Assembly (NCBI GenBank): GCA_964608675.1 | Contig: CAZSOZ010000004.1 | Span: 46,376-110,375 of the forward strand | From: an uncultured archaeon | GTDB lineage: Archaea > Iainarchaeota > Iainarchaeia > Iainarchaeales > 1-14-0-10-31-34 | DNA: 64,000 nt | Direction of reading: 5' to 3' | Shown here: positions 38,120-47,592 of the stretch, piece after piece | Numbering within the stretch: position 1 is the first letter of the stretch | Layout: the number at the start of each line of letters is the position of its first letter | Position numbers and translations under genes: made by a program | Notes under the pieces: generated by a model | The model's database searches: none | Seen by the model: only the letters and a program-made list of their open reading frames with translations | What the model was told of the DNA's origin: nothing

Positions 38120-39782
38120 AATAAGGGATTGTTCTAATTGTAATGGATTGAATGACCTTTCTTTTAAGCAGTGTTTTGATTGTGTTAAGCCTTCTCCTGA
38201 TTTGGATTTAATTATTTTTAAAAACAAGACTTTTACTAAACAGCATTACCTTAAAGATAACAGGTTTGTTGTTTATCCTTTTTTTGTTGATGTTTTAATT
38301 AAACCGGTTGATAAAAAAGCAAAAATTTTGTCTTCTTATAAAATAAAGGATGCAACAGTTAATGTTGTTGAATTAAAGGATACTATTCAGCCTGTTTATT
38401 CTTTAGGCGTAGAGTATCTTGAAAAAAATTTTAATGAATTAATTGATTTAAGAAAGGAATTTGAGAAAGGAGAATTTTCAAGTGATTTGCTTAAAATCTG
38501 GATTAAACAGCATGGTGTTTTGGATTATCTTTTATCTGACCCCAAAATTCAGGAAATTAATATTAATCCCCCTGAATTCCAGACTCCTTTTACTGTTGTT
38601 CATGAAGAATTTGATGAATGTAGGACAAATATTTTTCCAAGCATTGATTTTTTGAATTATTTGTCTACTTATTTGAAGATTGAATCAGGAAGGCCTTTGA
38701 ATAAATCTCAGCCTCAATTGGATGGAGAATTGTTTGTTGAAAATCAAAGAGCAAGGGTTGCAGCAGTAGTGGAGCCTTTTTCTGTTCATGGAATAGGTTA
38801 TAGTATTAGAAAGCATAGAGAAAAACCTTGGACTTTGCCTTTGTTTATTGATAACAATACTGTTTCTCCTGTTTTTGCGGGTTTAATGTCTTTTGTTTTA
38901 ACTCATGGAAGAACTTTTGTGGTTGCAGGCCCCAGAGGATCGGGGAAAACTGCAATGCTTGGTTCTGTTATAAGTGAAATTCTCCCTAAATATAGAATTA
39001 TTACTATTGAAGACACAAAAGAGCTTCCGGTTGATTTCTATAAAAATTTGGGTTATGATTTGTTGTCTCTTAAAGTAAGGTCTGCTTTAATGGATAAAGG
39101 TCTTGAAATTCCTTATGATCGTGGATTAAGAACTTCTTTGAGACTTGGGGATTCTTTTTTGATGGTTGGAGAAATCAGAAGCAAGGAAGCAAAAGTTTTG
39201 TATGAAGCAATGCGTGTAGGAGCTTTATCTCATTCTGTTGGAGGAACAATTCATGCTGATACTCCTTATGGTGTTTTTGACAGGGTTGTAAATGATTTGG
39301 GTGTTCCAAAAGGTTCATTTAAGGTAACTGATTTTATTATTATTGAAAACCAGATTAAGAGTGCTGCAGGCCTTCATAGAAAAAGAAGAATTTTAAAGGT
39401 AGTTGAAGTTTTAAAGGATTGGAAAGACGAACCGGTTTTTCAGGAATTAATGGTTTATAATCCTAAAACTGATTTGCTTGAACCAACAAGTGTTTTGTTG
39501 GAAGGAAAATCTGTTGTAATTAATGATGTTATTTCAAGAGTTAAAGGTTATTCAAAGCCTGCGGATGCAGTTAATGATATTATGTTAAGGGCTTGGGCTA
39601 AAGAACTTCACGTTAAATTAAGCGAGGGAATAAAAGATAAAATGGAGGCTGATTTTAATTTGAGGCTGAATGTTTCTTTCAGTAAACTCTTTGAAGAAAT
39701 TGAACCCATTAAAAGCGATAAAAAAACTGAGGAATTCAAAAAAGAGTTTGAAAAGATTGCTACAAGTATACTTAAATTATAA
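38109..39782 (+). CDS. Type II/IV secretion ATPase (VirB11/TadA/ArlI family)
   Basis: Walker A GPRGSGKT, Asp box IEDTKEL, Walker B MVGEIR, His box GTIHAD; N-terminal CxxC...CxxC. Confidence 0.93.
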   Translation: MKYKIRDCSNCNGLNDLSFKQCFDCVKPSPDLDLIIFKNKTFTKQHYLKDNRFVVYPFFVDVLIKPVDKKAKILSSYKIKDATVNVVELKDTIQPVYSLGVEYLEKNFNELIDLRKEFEKGEFSSDLLKIWIKQHGVLDYLLSDPKIQEININPPEFQTPFTVVHEEFDECRTNIFPSIDFLNYLSTYLKIESGRPLNKSQPQLDGELFVENQRARVAAVVEPFSVHGIGYSIRKHREKPWTLPLFIDNNTVSPVFAGLMSFVLTHGRTFVVAGPRGSGKTAMLGSVISEILPKYRIITIEDTKELPVDFYKNLGYDLLSLKVRSALMDKGLEIPYDRGLRTSLRLGDSFLMVGEIRSKEAKVLYEAMRVGALSHSVGGTIHADTPYGVFDRVVNDLGVPKGSFKVTDFIIIENQIKSAAGLHRKRRILKVVEVLKDWKDEPVFQELMVYNPKTDLLEPTSVLLEGKSVVINDVISRVKGYSKPADAVNDIMLRAWAKELHVKLSEGIKDKMEADFNLRLNVSFSKLFEEIEPIKSDKKTEEFKKEFEKIATSILKL

Positions 39783-39802
39783 TGATTGAGAAATGATTTT
39801 TC

Positions 39803-41683
39803 ATGTATTTTGAATTTATTTATTTGCTGGGAAAAAAATTCAGGTTTTTTCCTAAAATTAAGAGTTTGGACAGAAAGTTTTCTTTGGTTGAATTTCCTTT
39901 TTCTTCTTCAGAGGTTTTATCTGGTGCACTTTTAGTTCTTTTTATTTCGCTTTTTGTTTCAATTATTTTTTTTGCTGTTCTTCCTTTTTTGGGTTATGTT
40001 TTTTTGCTTGCAGGAGTCATTGTTTCTTTTAGTGCTTATGTTTTTGCTTCCGGAATTTTTCCTGCTCAAAGAACAATTGAATTAAAAAATCAAATGCTTG
40101 AAGCCCTGTTGCAAATGTCTAATTATATTTCGCTTAATTCAAGTTTTGAGTCTGCTTTTTTTAATGCAGGCGATTCTTTGGCAGGAACACTAAAAAAACA
40201 GTTTGATGACATTAAAATAAAAATAAGAAAAAAGGAATTTCATACTTTAGGAGAAGCTTTTGAGAAATATATTCCTGTTTGGATGGAATTGAATCCGTCT
40301 TTTGTTAAAGGCTTGAATTTGCTTCAAACGGCTTCTATTGCAAGAGAGGAAGAAAAAGATGAAATTATTGAAGAAGTAATTGAAACTGTTTTGCAGGAAT
40401 ATTATTCTAGCGGAAAAAGGTCAACTGAAAAGCTTTCAAATCAGACTTCTTCTTTGCTTTCTATTGGGGTTATGATGCCTTTAATGTCTTTGATTTTACT
40501 GCCTTTGGTTACAATTTTTTTGCCGAATTTTTCTAATTTAATGTTTCTGGCTTTTTTTTATAATGTTCTTGTTCCTGCTTTGCTTTTATTGATGGCAATG
40601 AATTTTGCCCAGAATAGAATTCAGGTTTCTGGAATTAATTTGTCTGAAAGCCCTAAATATAAGCCTGTTCCTAAAATTTTTTTTGTTTTGCCTTTTTTAA
40701 TTGCATTAATTTTTTTAGTTCCTATGATTCTGCATTTGCTTTCAATTGACTTGAGTTCAAGTGAAACCATTGCAAGAGAATTTACTCTTTCTTCTATTTT
40801 TACTATTTGGCTGGGTTTGTTTGGAGTCTTTATTGCAATTGAATCTTTTTTGTTTGTTTATGTTAAAATGAATGAAAAATTATGGAATGAAATAAATGAA
40901 ATGGAAAAAGATTTGCCTCATTTGCTTCAAATTATTTCAAGTTATTTGTCTTTGAATCGTTCTCTTGAAAGCGTGATAAAAGATATTATTGAGGACTACA
41001 AAAACCATGGTTTTGGAAAGCACCCTACAGTTAAAATGCTTTCTTTTATTAAGAATTCTTTATTTAATTTAAAGAAAGGAATTCATAAAATTATTTCAGA
41101 GGATTTAAGGAAGGTTGCTTCAAGCAAAAAAATTTCAGAGGTTTTAACAAGAATTTCTGTTTTTACTACTGTTGACCAGCAGTCTGCTGCAAAATCAGCT
41201 AAAATGGTTAGAAGCCAGCAATTAAATGTAAATAAATTAGATGAATACATTCAGACTCTTTTGGCTGAAACAATTTCTGTTGTAAGTATTTCAGTTAACA
41301 TGCTTGCACCTTTGCTTTCAAGCACTGCTATAATAATGTCTATGGCTATTGTAATGTCTCTTGAATTCATTAAAGGTCAAATAAATAAAATTTTATTAAG
41401 TATTGGTTCTACTCCCACTGAACTTCAGTTAGTTAATCTTGAAAGCATTATTCCACCTACTTCTTTGATGGTGGTAGTGGGTTTTTTCTTTTTAGAAATC
41501 ACTATTATTTTGTCTGTTTTTCTTTCTAATATTGAGTCAGGAACAGACAAGTTTTTGATTGCAAAAACAATTATGAAAAGTTTGTTTACTGCTTTTCTAA
41601 TTTTTTCTGTTTTATTGTTTTTTGGTCATATTCTTTTTACTGAAATAGTGTTTAAGGAAGTTACAATCGGAGGAATTGTCTGA
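39803..41683 (+). CDS. TadC/ArlJ-like membrane platform protein (two GspF-type repeats)
   Basis: Repeated TM pair plus cytoplasmic helical domain (MLEALLQMSNY..SFESA; LPHLLQIISSY..SLESV); directly follows the ATPase. Confidence 0.8.
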   Translation: MYFEFIYLLGKKFRFFPKIKSLDRKFSLVEFPFSSSEVLSGALLVLFISLFVSIIFFAVLPFLGYVFLLAGVIVSFSAYVFASGIFPAQRTIELKNQMLEALLQMSNYISLNSSFESAFFNAGDSLAGTLKKQFDDIKIKIRKKEFHTLGEAFEKYIPVWMELNPSFVKGLNLLQTASIAREEEKDEIIEEVIETVLQEYYSSGKRSTEKLSNQTSSLLSIGVMMPLMSLILLPLVTIFLPNFSNLMFLAFFYNVLVPALLLLMAMNFAQNRIQVSGINLSESPKYKPVPKIFFVLPFLIALIFLVPMILHLLSIDLSSSETIAREFTLSSIFTIWLGLFGVFIAIESFLFVYVKMNEKLWNEINEMEKDLPHLLQIISSYLSLNRSLESVIKDIIEDYKNHGFGKHPTVKMLSFIKNSLFNLKKGIHKIISEDLRKVASSKKISEVLTRISVFTTVDQQSAAKSAKMVRSQQLNVNKLDEYIQTLLAETISVVSISVNMLAPLLSSTAIIMSMAIVMSLEFIKGQINKILLSIGSTPTELQLVNLESIIPPTSLMVVVGFFFLEITIILSVFLSNIESGTDKFLIAKTIMKSLFTAFLIFSVLLFFGHILFTEIVFKEVTIGGIV

Positions 41684-41775
41684 TGAACAGAACTATTGTT
41701 ATTTTGGTTGAATTTGTTATTGCAGTTGCTGCTTTGGCTGTAATGCTTTTTTATGTAATGGGGGCTGTTTCTTAA
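41683..41775 (+). CDS. 30-aa single-TM pilin-like peptide (not in the ORF track)
   Basis: MNRTIVILVEFVIAVAALAVMLFYVMGAVS; TGATG and TAATG overlaps on both sides. Confidence 0.7.
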   Translation: MNRTIVILVEFVIAVAALAVMLFYVMGAVS

Positions 41776-42179
41776 TGGAATCACTTGAATTAGTTTTTTT
41801 TCTTTTTTTTGCAGTCATTTGTTCTTCTTTTATTATTATTTTTTTGACGGGTTTTGATTTTGTTGGATTAAATGATTTTGTGGCAAACATGTTTTCTCCT
41901 GAAAACCAGAAACCTGACTTAAAGGAAGTTGATTTGTATGGTTTTGCTGAAGTTTCTTATGACTGCTGGTCTTCTTGTGGTTTTGGAGCAGAAGACAAAA
42001 ATTGTTTTTCGGTTTTTTTGAAGTCTGATGAATATGATTCTGTTTCAAAAGAAACAATTGAATCTTTTTTTCAGAAAATTAATTTATGTAGTGACTGCAA
42101 TATTTTAATGGAAAACGAAATTTTTCTTCCAAGAATTGTTTCAGTTAAATGCTGGAATCATGCATTAAAAATTGAATAA
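41775..42179 (+). CDS. Pilin-like protein
   Basis: MESLE plus hydrophobic helix; CWSSC..C motif. Confidence 0.65.
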   Translation: MESLELVFFLFFAVICSSFIIIFLTGFDFVGLNDFVANMFSPENQKPDLKEVDLYGFAEVSYDCWSSCGFGAEDKNCFSVFLKSDEYDSVSKETIESFFQKINLCSDCNILMENEIFLPRIVSVKCWNHALKIE

Positions 42180-42231
42180 AACAAATGCAAACAAATATAA
42201 ATTACTATAACCTCATAATTAATGATTTAAA

Positions 42232-42618
42232 ATGGAAATGCCAATTAATGTAGTTATAACTTTGTTTGTGGGTTTGCTGGTTGGAGGCTTAATTGTTTTT
42301 TTTGCTCAAAACATTGTTTTTTCTTCTGAACAGCAGTTTATTGAATTTTTAGATGAAGAAGAAAACGGTTTTTTTGATTTAAAGGAAATTACTGAAAGCC
42401 AAATTGGTTTTTTGGTTAAATCTTGTTATGAAAAAAGTTTTGGAGAATCTTTAGATAATGAATTGTGTTATATTGTTCACGGGGAATCCCCTGCTTTTTT
42501 GGATTCAGATAAAGTTTTTGAGTTTTCAGGGGTTGAAGCAGAGGTTTCAAATGAAACCTCAAAGTTTTTTTTAATTGAATGGAATGCTAAAGAAAATATT
42601 GTGGAGGTTACAACATGA
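42232..42618 (+). CDS. Pilin-like protein
   Basis: MEMPINVVITLF hydrophobic helix; CYEK..CY. Confidence 0.65.
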   Translation: MEMPINVVITLFVGLLVGGLIVFFAQNIVFSSEQQFIEFLDEEENGFFDLKEITESQIGFLVKSCYEKSFGESLDNELCYIVHGESPAFLDSDKVFEFSGVEAEVSNETSKFFLIEWNAKENIVEVTT

Positions 42619-43184
42619 AGTCAAAGGGAATGGAAATGGCAATACAAATTTTTATTGTTTTGTTTGTTTTGCTTGCTGTTTCAATGTTAGTTTTACAGCT
42701 TGTTTCAGAACAGTTTTCTGAAAGAGGCCAGGATTTAGAGGAACAAATAAAAAAAGATGAACTTAAAAGGCAGGTAAACAATGCAAAAAGCGAGTGCAGG
42801 CAGTTATGTAATGGAAATTCAATGGAAGACCACGTAAAATTTTGCATTAAAAATTTTGATTTAACTCCTTCAGGAACAATTTCTTATAATGAAAAAGAAG
42901 ACATTCTTCCAGGATTTGGAGTGTGTACAGATCAAGTTTACTGCGCTCAATTGATTACTGATTGTTCTATGGGTGCTTCAAAGCTTACTATGGAATCCTG
43001 TAAAGAAATAATTTGTAATCATTGGGGTGATTTTGGAATTGAAGAACCGGCATTAAGCAGTAAATTAAGGGAATTTGTTCAGCCTGGAGATTGTTTCAGC
43101 AAACTCAGCGAAGAAGAAAAACAAAGCCATTGGTTTAATGTTTTTTATGGCATAACAGACTCTTCTGAATTAAGTTGTTCCTAA
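42615..43184 (+). CDS. Pilin-like protein with class III signal peptide
   Basis: MKSKG|MEMAIQIFIVLFVLLAV; Cys-rich head. Confidence 0.75.
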   Translation: MKSKGMEMAIQIFIVLFVLLAVSMLVLQLVSEQFSERGQDLEEQIKKDELKRQVNNAKSECRQLCNGNSMEDHVKFCIKNFDLTPSGTISYNEKEDILPGFGVCTDQVYCAQLITDCSMGASKLTMESCKEIICNHWGDFGIEEPALSSKLREFVQPGDCFSKLSEEEKQSHWFNVFYGITDSSELSCS

Positions 43185-43203
43185 AAAAAAGGGATTGATT
43201 TGA

Positions 43204-43608
43204 ATGGAACAGACAGTGTGGTTTTATGTAGGCGTGCTTGCAACCTTTATTGCTCTTGCAGGCATTGCTTCTGTTTTTCTTTTGAATGTAGATGAAAAAA
43301 AGGAAGCAGAATTGAATACTGCAATACAAAAATTCAAGCAAAAAGCTTCTTTTGTATGCAGTTCTGATGAACAAACTTTAATTAGTGAAATGATTTTAAT
43401 TCCAAGCGGTTCCAGTTTTTTTTCTCAGGAAAATTCTATTTGTTTTGTTTTTAATAAAGAAAAAAAATGTGAATTAATTAATTGTCCTGTTTTAATGGAG
43501 GAATTAAATTTAACTGACGAAAAAATAATTAAAACTTATGATTTTCATGAATTTTCTTGTTATTTTGAGAAATCAAGGGAGGGTGTAATAATTGAATGCC
43601 GCGGCTAG
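43204..43608 (+). CDS. Pilin-like protein
   Basis: MEQTVWF hydrophobic helix; VC..IC..C...C pattern shared with 43592-43987. Confidence 0.65.
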   Translation: MEQTVWFYVGVLATFIALAGIASVFLLNVDEKKEAELNTAIQKFKQKASFVCSSDEQTLISEMILIPSGSSFFSQENSICFVFNKEKKCELINCPVLMEELNLTDEKIIKTYDFHEFSCYFEKSREGVIIECRG

Positions 43609-43987
43609 TTCTTCCGGAGAACTAATTTTGTGGTTTGGAACCTTTCTTGCAGTATTAATTCTTGCTTTTTTTTATTTGGATTCTTTTTCTTTTTTTAGCA
43701 GGCCTTTTGAAATGGTTTCTCAGGATGTTGATGGAATTGTTTCTTTATCCAATGAAGCATGCAGTGTTTTTGAGTTTTCTGCTTTATATAATCCTGTTGT
43801 AGAAGAGGGAATTTTTTTTGTTGATGACAAAAATGTTTGCATTATTTCTGATGAAATTCAGTTATGCAAAAACACTTTATGCAGTTTTGTTGAAAAAAAA
43901 GAATTTAATTTAAAGAAAGTAAAATTTTTGAATATTTTAAAAGAAAAAAATTCAGAGGGAATTAATGTTGAAGCAGAAAATATTTAA
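43592..43987 (+). CDS. Pilin-like protein
   Basis: MNAAA|SSSGELILWF; Cys pattern as in the neighbouring gene. Confidence 0.6.
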   Translation: MNAAASSSGELILWFGTFLAVLILAFFYLDSFSFFSRPFEMVSQDVDGIVSLSNEACSVFEFSALYNPVVEEGIFFVDDKNVCIISDEIQLCKNTLCSFVEKKEFNLKKVKFLNILKEKNSEGINVEAENI

Positions 43988-44381
43988 TGAAAAAGGAATT
44001 TATTCAGTTACCACTAATTTTATGTTGATTGTAATTTTGGTTGTTTCTTTTTTGTTTTTGATTTCTTTTGGAGCAGAATCTTTTTCAAGGCAGAAAGAAT
44101 TTTCTGAATCTTCTGATTATTTAAAGGAATCATTTTCTTTAAAAGAACAGGTTGTTTTGTGTACAGGAAAATTAACTCATGAAAAACTAAATGAATTTGA
44201 AGAAGATGTTTGTTTGAATGAAAAAATTAAGGGCTTTAAAATAGAATCCCTTGATTTTTTTGACTGCAAAAAAGAAGAATGGTTTTTTGGAGAAAACGAT
44301 TCCTGTAATAAAAAAATTTCTTTTTATTTGAATATTTATGAAAAAAAAACTTGTTTGGGGAGAATTATTTTATGTATTTAA
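43965..44381 (+). CDS. Pilin-like protein with class III signal peptide
   Basis: NEKG|IYSVTTNFMLIVILVV. Confidence 0.7.
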   Translation: MLKQKIFNEKGIYSVTTNFMLIVILVVSFLFLISFGAESFSRQKEFSESSDYLKESFSLKEQVVLCTGKLTHEKLNEFEEDVCLNEKIKGFKIESLDFFDCKKEEWFFGENDSCNKKISFYLNIYEKKTCLGRIILCI

Positions 44382-44390
44382 GGTGATTTA

Positions 44391-46895
44391 ATGAGTGCGG
44401 TTTCAAATGTTTTTTCTGCAGTAATAATTTCTGTTTTAGTGCTTTTTGCGGTTTTAGTGGTGCAAATAAATGAAGCTGATTATTTTGCTTCACAGTTTAA
44501 GTCTAATGAAACCTCTTTTTTTCAGAAGAAAGCTGAATCTGATTTGGATGCTGTTTTATTTGTCTCTGAACCAAATTCAAATCTTTCTTTAATTGAATTG
44601 ATTTCAAGCATGGTTTATTACAGAAAAAAAAATTTTGATTTTGGAGAAGACAGGTATTTTAATGCAGATAAAACTGTTGAAAGCGTTTTTGATTCTGTTT
44701 TTGGAAAAGAAAATTATTTTTTGAAAGCAGAACATAAATTAAGCAGAGTTAGATTGTTTTTTTTGATTGATGGAAGCAGGTCAATGCAGGATGACGTTCA
44801 AAAAATTTCTTCGGTTTTGCCTTCTATTGAATCAATTCTTGAAAAACAGGACGTTGAAGTGCAAACAAAAATTTTTATTGGCAAGAATGCAATTGATTGC
44901 AGTAATTTTTTTGGTTATGAATGTCAGGAAATAGATGAAGTTTTTCTTTATCAAGGATTCCCTGAATTAGTTGGTTTGCTTGGACACGAATATGGCGGAG
45001 GCCCTTATGCTTTAAAAGGAGATTTTTATGAGGATTGGGCTTCAATGGCTTTGTTTGCTTCAGTTAATTCAGAGAAAACAAGTATTTCTGAAGGAGTAGT
45101 CACTTTGATTTTTCCTGTAAGTGATGAACTTTCAACAGGAAGTGAAGCAGATTATTGTTATGAAAATTTTAGAAGATACGGCTTTAATTCTAAAACTGAA
45201 TGCATGGTTTGCAGTACTGATTCAGGTTATGAAAGATCAAAAAAAACAATTGATTTTGCTTTAAAGGAAATGGATTCTTTTGATTATCTTGTTTTTCCTG
45301 TTATTGTAAGTGGATGTGGGATTCCTGAAGAAATCTGGAAAACAACCGGAAGCTGTGGCAACGAAAATTGTGATGGATGCATAGTTGGAGAAGATAATAC
45401 TGCTTGTTATCATCCGGAGGTTTTTAATGATTCAAGTGAATCAATTAAAGGGCACATGGAATATTTTTCAAAAGAAAAAAACGGAGAAGAAAATTTTTTT
45501 GTTGTTGATTTATCTCAAGGGTATTCAGAAGAAATTTTAAAACAACAGCTTCTTTCTGTTTTAAACAATCATGTTTTTTTTTCTTTTGAATCCGGAACAT
45601 TTAAGCCTGAAGAAGAAAGAATTTCAGTTAAAAGGGTTCTTCCTTTAAGAGGAAGAACAGTTTCTGAGTTAACGTTTTGGGCTTATACTGAAAGAGAGCA
45701 TTATTTTTTGGGTTCTCCTGAATCTTTTTTTGGAGATAAACCTGTTGCAGTAATTGACTTAATTAAGGATTCAAATCCTTATTTAATTTATGCTGACGGA
45801 AGCTCTTCTTTTGATCCTTCGGGAGGAGAACTTTTGTTTGAATGGAAACTTGACGGAGAATTGATTTCAACAGAAGAATCTTTTGAAAAGCTTTTTTCTG
45901 AAGGAGATGAAGGCATTCATGAATTTTATTTAACTGTAATTAATTCAGAAGAATTTGATGCTAGTGCATTAAAATCAATTTGTGTTGGCTCTGAAAGTTT
46001 TTGTGAGGAACAGGAAAAAAAGAAATTTTTTGTTGTTCCAATTGAATTTTCTTTAGAGGATTCTGTTTTTCAGGAATTTTCTGAAAGGCATTGGAATAAT
46101 TTTGTTTCAAATATTTTGTGTTCTGATAAAATTGAAAAAATTTTATTGATGCCTGATGACTTTGATTCAGGAAAAGGATGCACTTCAAATTTACTCCGTG
46201 AATGCATTCAAACTCCAAGTCAAGCACAAGAAATTTTAAATAAAATTGATGATTGTGTTCAGCTTGCAGGCTATTCTGTTTCACAGAATGACAGAATTTT
46301 TGGGATTACTTCTCAGGATATTTCTGTAAGAATGCAGAATGGTTGTTCGAATGCAGTTGCAGGATATACAATGGGAATAGGAACAGAAAATACAGTGTTA
46401 TCTGAATACAATTTTGTTGAAACAAGCACGCATGAAATAGGGCATACTTTTGGATTGTGTGAAGAATATAGTTTGAGTTCTTGGATTGCACAAAATAAAG
46501 TCAGTTCTTTTGGTGAATGCAAGAATGATTATCCTTTGGAATGCAAAGAATTTAATCAAGAGTTATGCGATAATGATGGAGTGTGTGATTATTATGGTTT
46601 TCCTCAAAGAAACGGAAATCCGGAAACTTGTTTAACTTGTCCTAATCCTCCTTTTGACTGTGTTTCTGCTGGAAGCTCTTGTGGAAATGAAAGATGTGAT
46701 TCTGGAGAAAACGTAGGAAACTGTCCTCAGGATTGTTTTGGAATAGATTGTTTTGGAACAACTCTTTCTGATGGAATGCATTCAGTTATGGGGCCTGCGG
46801 GAATTGACGGCGAAATCGACGGATTTAATTTAATAAGTGGATATGAAGAAAAAGGAAAAGATCATATTAATGAATTAATTTGCGAGGGTAATTAA
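44391..46895 (+). CDS. Large pilus-associated protein: vWA + PKD + zinc metallopeptidase + Cys-rich repeats
   Basis: N-terminal hydrophobic helix; MIDAS LIDGSRSM; ADGSSSFDPSGGELLFEWK; HEIGHTFGLCEEY; CGNERCDSGENVGNCPQDC. Confidence 0.8.
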   Translation: MSAVSNVFSAVIISVLVLFAVLVVQINEADYFASQFKSNETSFFQKKAESDLDAVLFVSEPNSNLSLIELISSMVYYRKKNFDFGEDRYFNADKTVESVFDSVFGKENYFLKAEHKLSRVRLFFLIDGSRSMQDDVQKISSVLPSIESILEKQDVEVQTKIFIGKNAIDCSNFFGYECQEIDEVFLYQGFPELVGLLGHEYGGGPYALKGDFYEDWASMALFASVNSEKTSISEGVVTLIFPVSDELSTGSEADYCYENFRRYGFNSKTECMVCSTDSGYERSKKTIDFALKEMDSFDYLVFPVIVSGCGIPEEIWKTTGSCGNENCDGCIVGEDNTACYHPEVFNDSSESIKGHMEYFSKEKNGEENFFVVDLSQGYSEEILKQQLLSVLNNHVFFSFESGTFKPEEERISVKRVLPLRGRTVSELTFWAYTEREHYFLGSPESFFGDKPVAVIDLIKDSNPYLIYADGSSSFDPSGGELLFEWKLDGELISTEESFEKLFSEGDEGIHEFYLTVINSEEFDASALKSICVGSESFCEEQEKKKFFVVPIEFSLEDSVFQEFSERHWNNFVSNILCSDKIEKILLMPDDFDSGKGCTSNLLRECIQTPSQAQEILNKIDDCVQLAGYSVSQNDRIFGITSQDISVRMQNGCSNAVAGYTMGIGTENTVLSEYNFVETSTHEIGHTFGLCEEYSLSSWIAQNKVSSFGECKNDYPLECKEFNQELCDNDGVCDYYGFPQRNGNPETCLTCPNPPFDCVSAGSSCGNERCDSGENVGNCPQDCFGIDCFGTTLSDGMHSVMGPAGIDGEIDGFNLISGYEEKGKDHINELICEGN

Positions 46896-47555
46896 ATGAA
46901 AAAAATTTTGATTTTGGTTTTTTTTGTTTTGTTTGTTTCTTTTGTTTCTGCTGAAAAAATACTTGAAATGCAAATACTTTTTGAAAAATCTGGAAAAATT
47001 TCAGTTGATTCTGTAAGAATAATTCAGGGGTTTTCTGACAAAAAAAATGAATCAGGGCAGTTTACTGTAAAATTGCTGGATGAAGAAAAAAATAAAGTTT
47101 ATGAAAACAGGATTTTTGTTTCTTTTTATTCTCCTGGTTTGTTTGGTGAATTAAATGAAGTAATGCAGACAATAAAAATTCCTTTAAGAGGAAAAGAAAA
47201 AATTGTTTTAATTGAATTTGAAGAAAAACAAGTTTTTTTTGAAGAAATTTTTGTTCTTGTATGCAACAAAAATGGAATATGCGATGAAAAAGAAACTTTT
47301 TTAGGCTGTCCTGATGACTGTCCTTTAAGCGAAAAAGATGGTTTTTGTTTGAATCAGCTTGATGGAATTTGTGATCCTGACTGCTTAAAAGGAGTTGACT
47401 CTGATTGCACTGAAAAATTTGAAGAAGACCTGAAAGACCCTGAAAAAAAACCAGAATCTGTAAATCTTATTTTTTTGGTTTTAGTTTTAGGAGGTATTTT
47501 GATTTTGGTTTTTTTGTTTTTTTATTTAAGAATTCAGTCAAAAACAAAGCTTTAA
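46896..47555 (+). CDS. Secreted Cys-repeat protein with C-terminal TM
   Basis: Signal peptide; CNKNGICDEKETFLGCPDDC, DGICDPDC. Confidence 0.75.
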   Translation: MKKILILVFFVLFVSFVSAEKILEMQILFEKSGKISVDSVRIIQGFSDKKNESGQFTVKLLDEEKNKVYENRIFVSFYSPGLFGELNEVMQTIKIPLRGKEKIVLIEFEEKQVFFEEIFVLVCNKNGICDEKETFLGCPDDCPLSEKDGFCLNQLDGICDPDCLKGVDSDCTEKFEEDLKDPEKKPESVNLIFLVLVLGGILILVFLFFYLRIQSKTKL

Positions 47556-47592
47556 TAATAAAGAAACTTTATTTATGGTAGAGGTAAATTAA

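Noticed and set aside
38109-44381. Archaellum operon
   Set aside because: No archaellin-type N-terminus or ArlH ATPase; the subunits look like diverse pilins.
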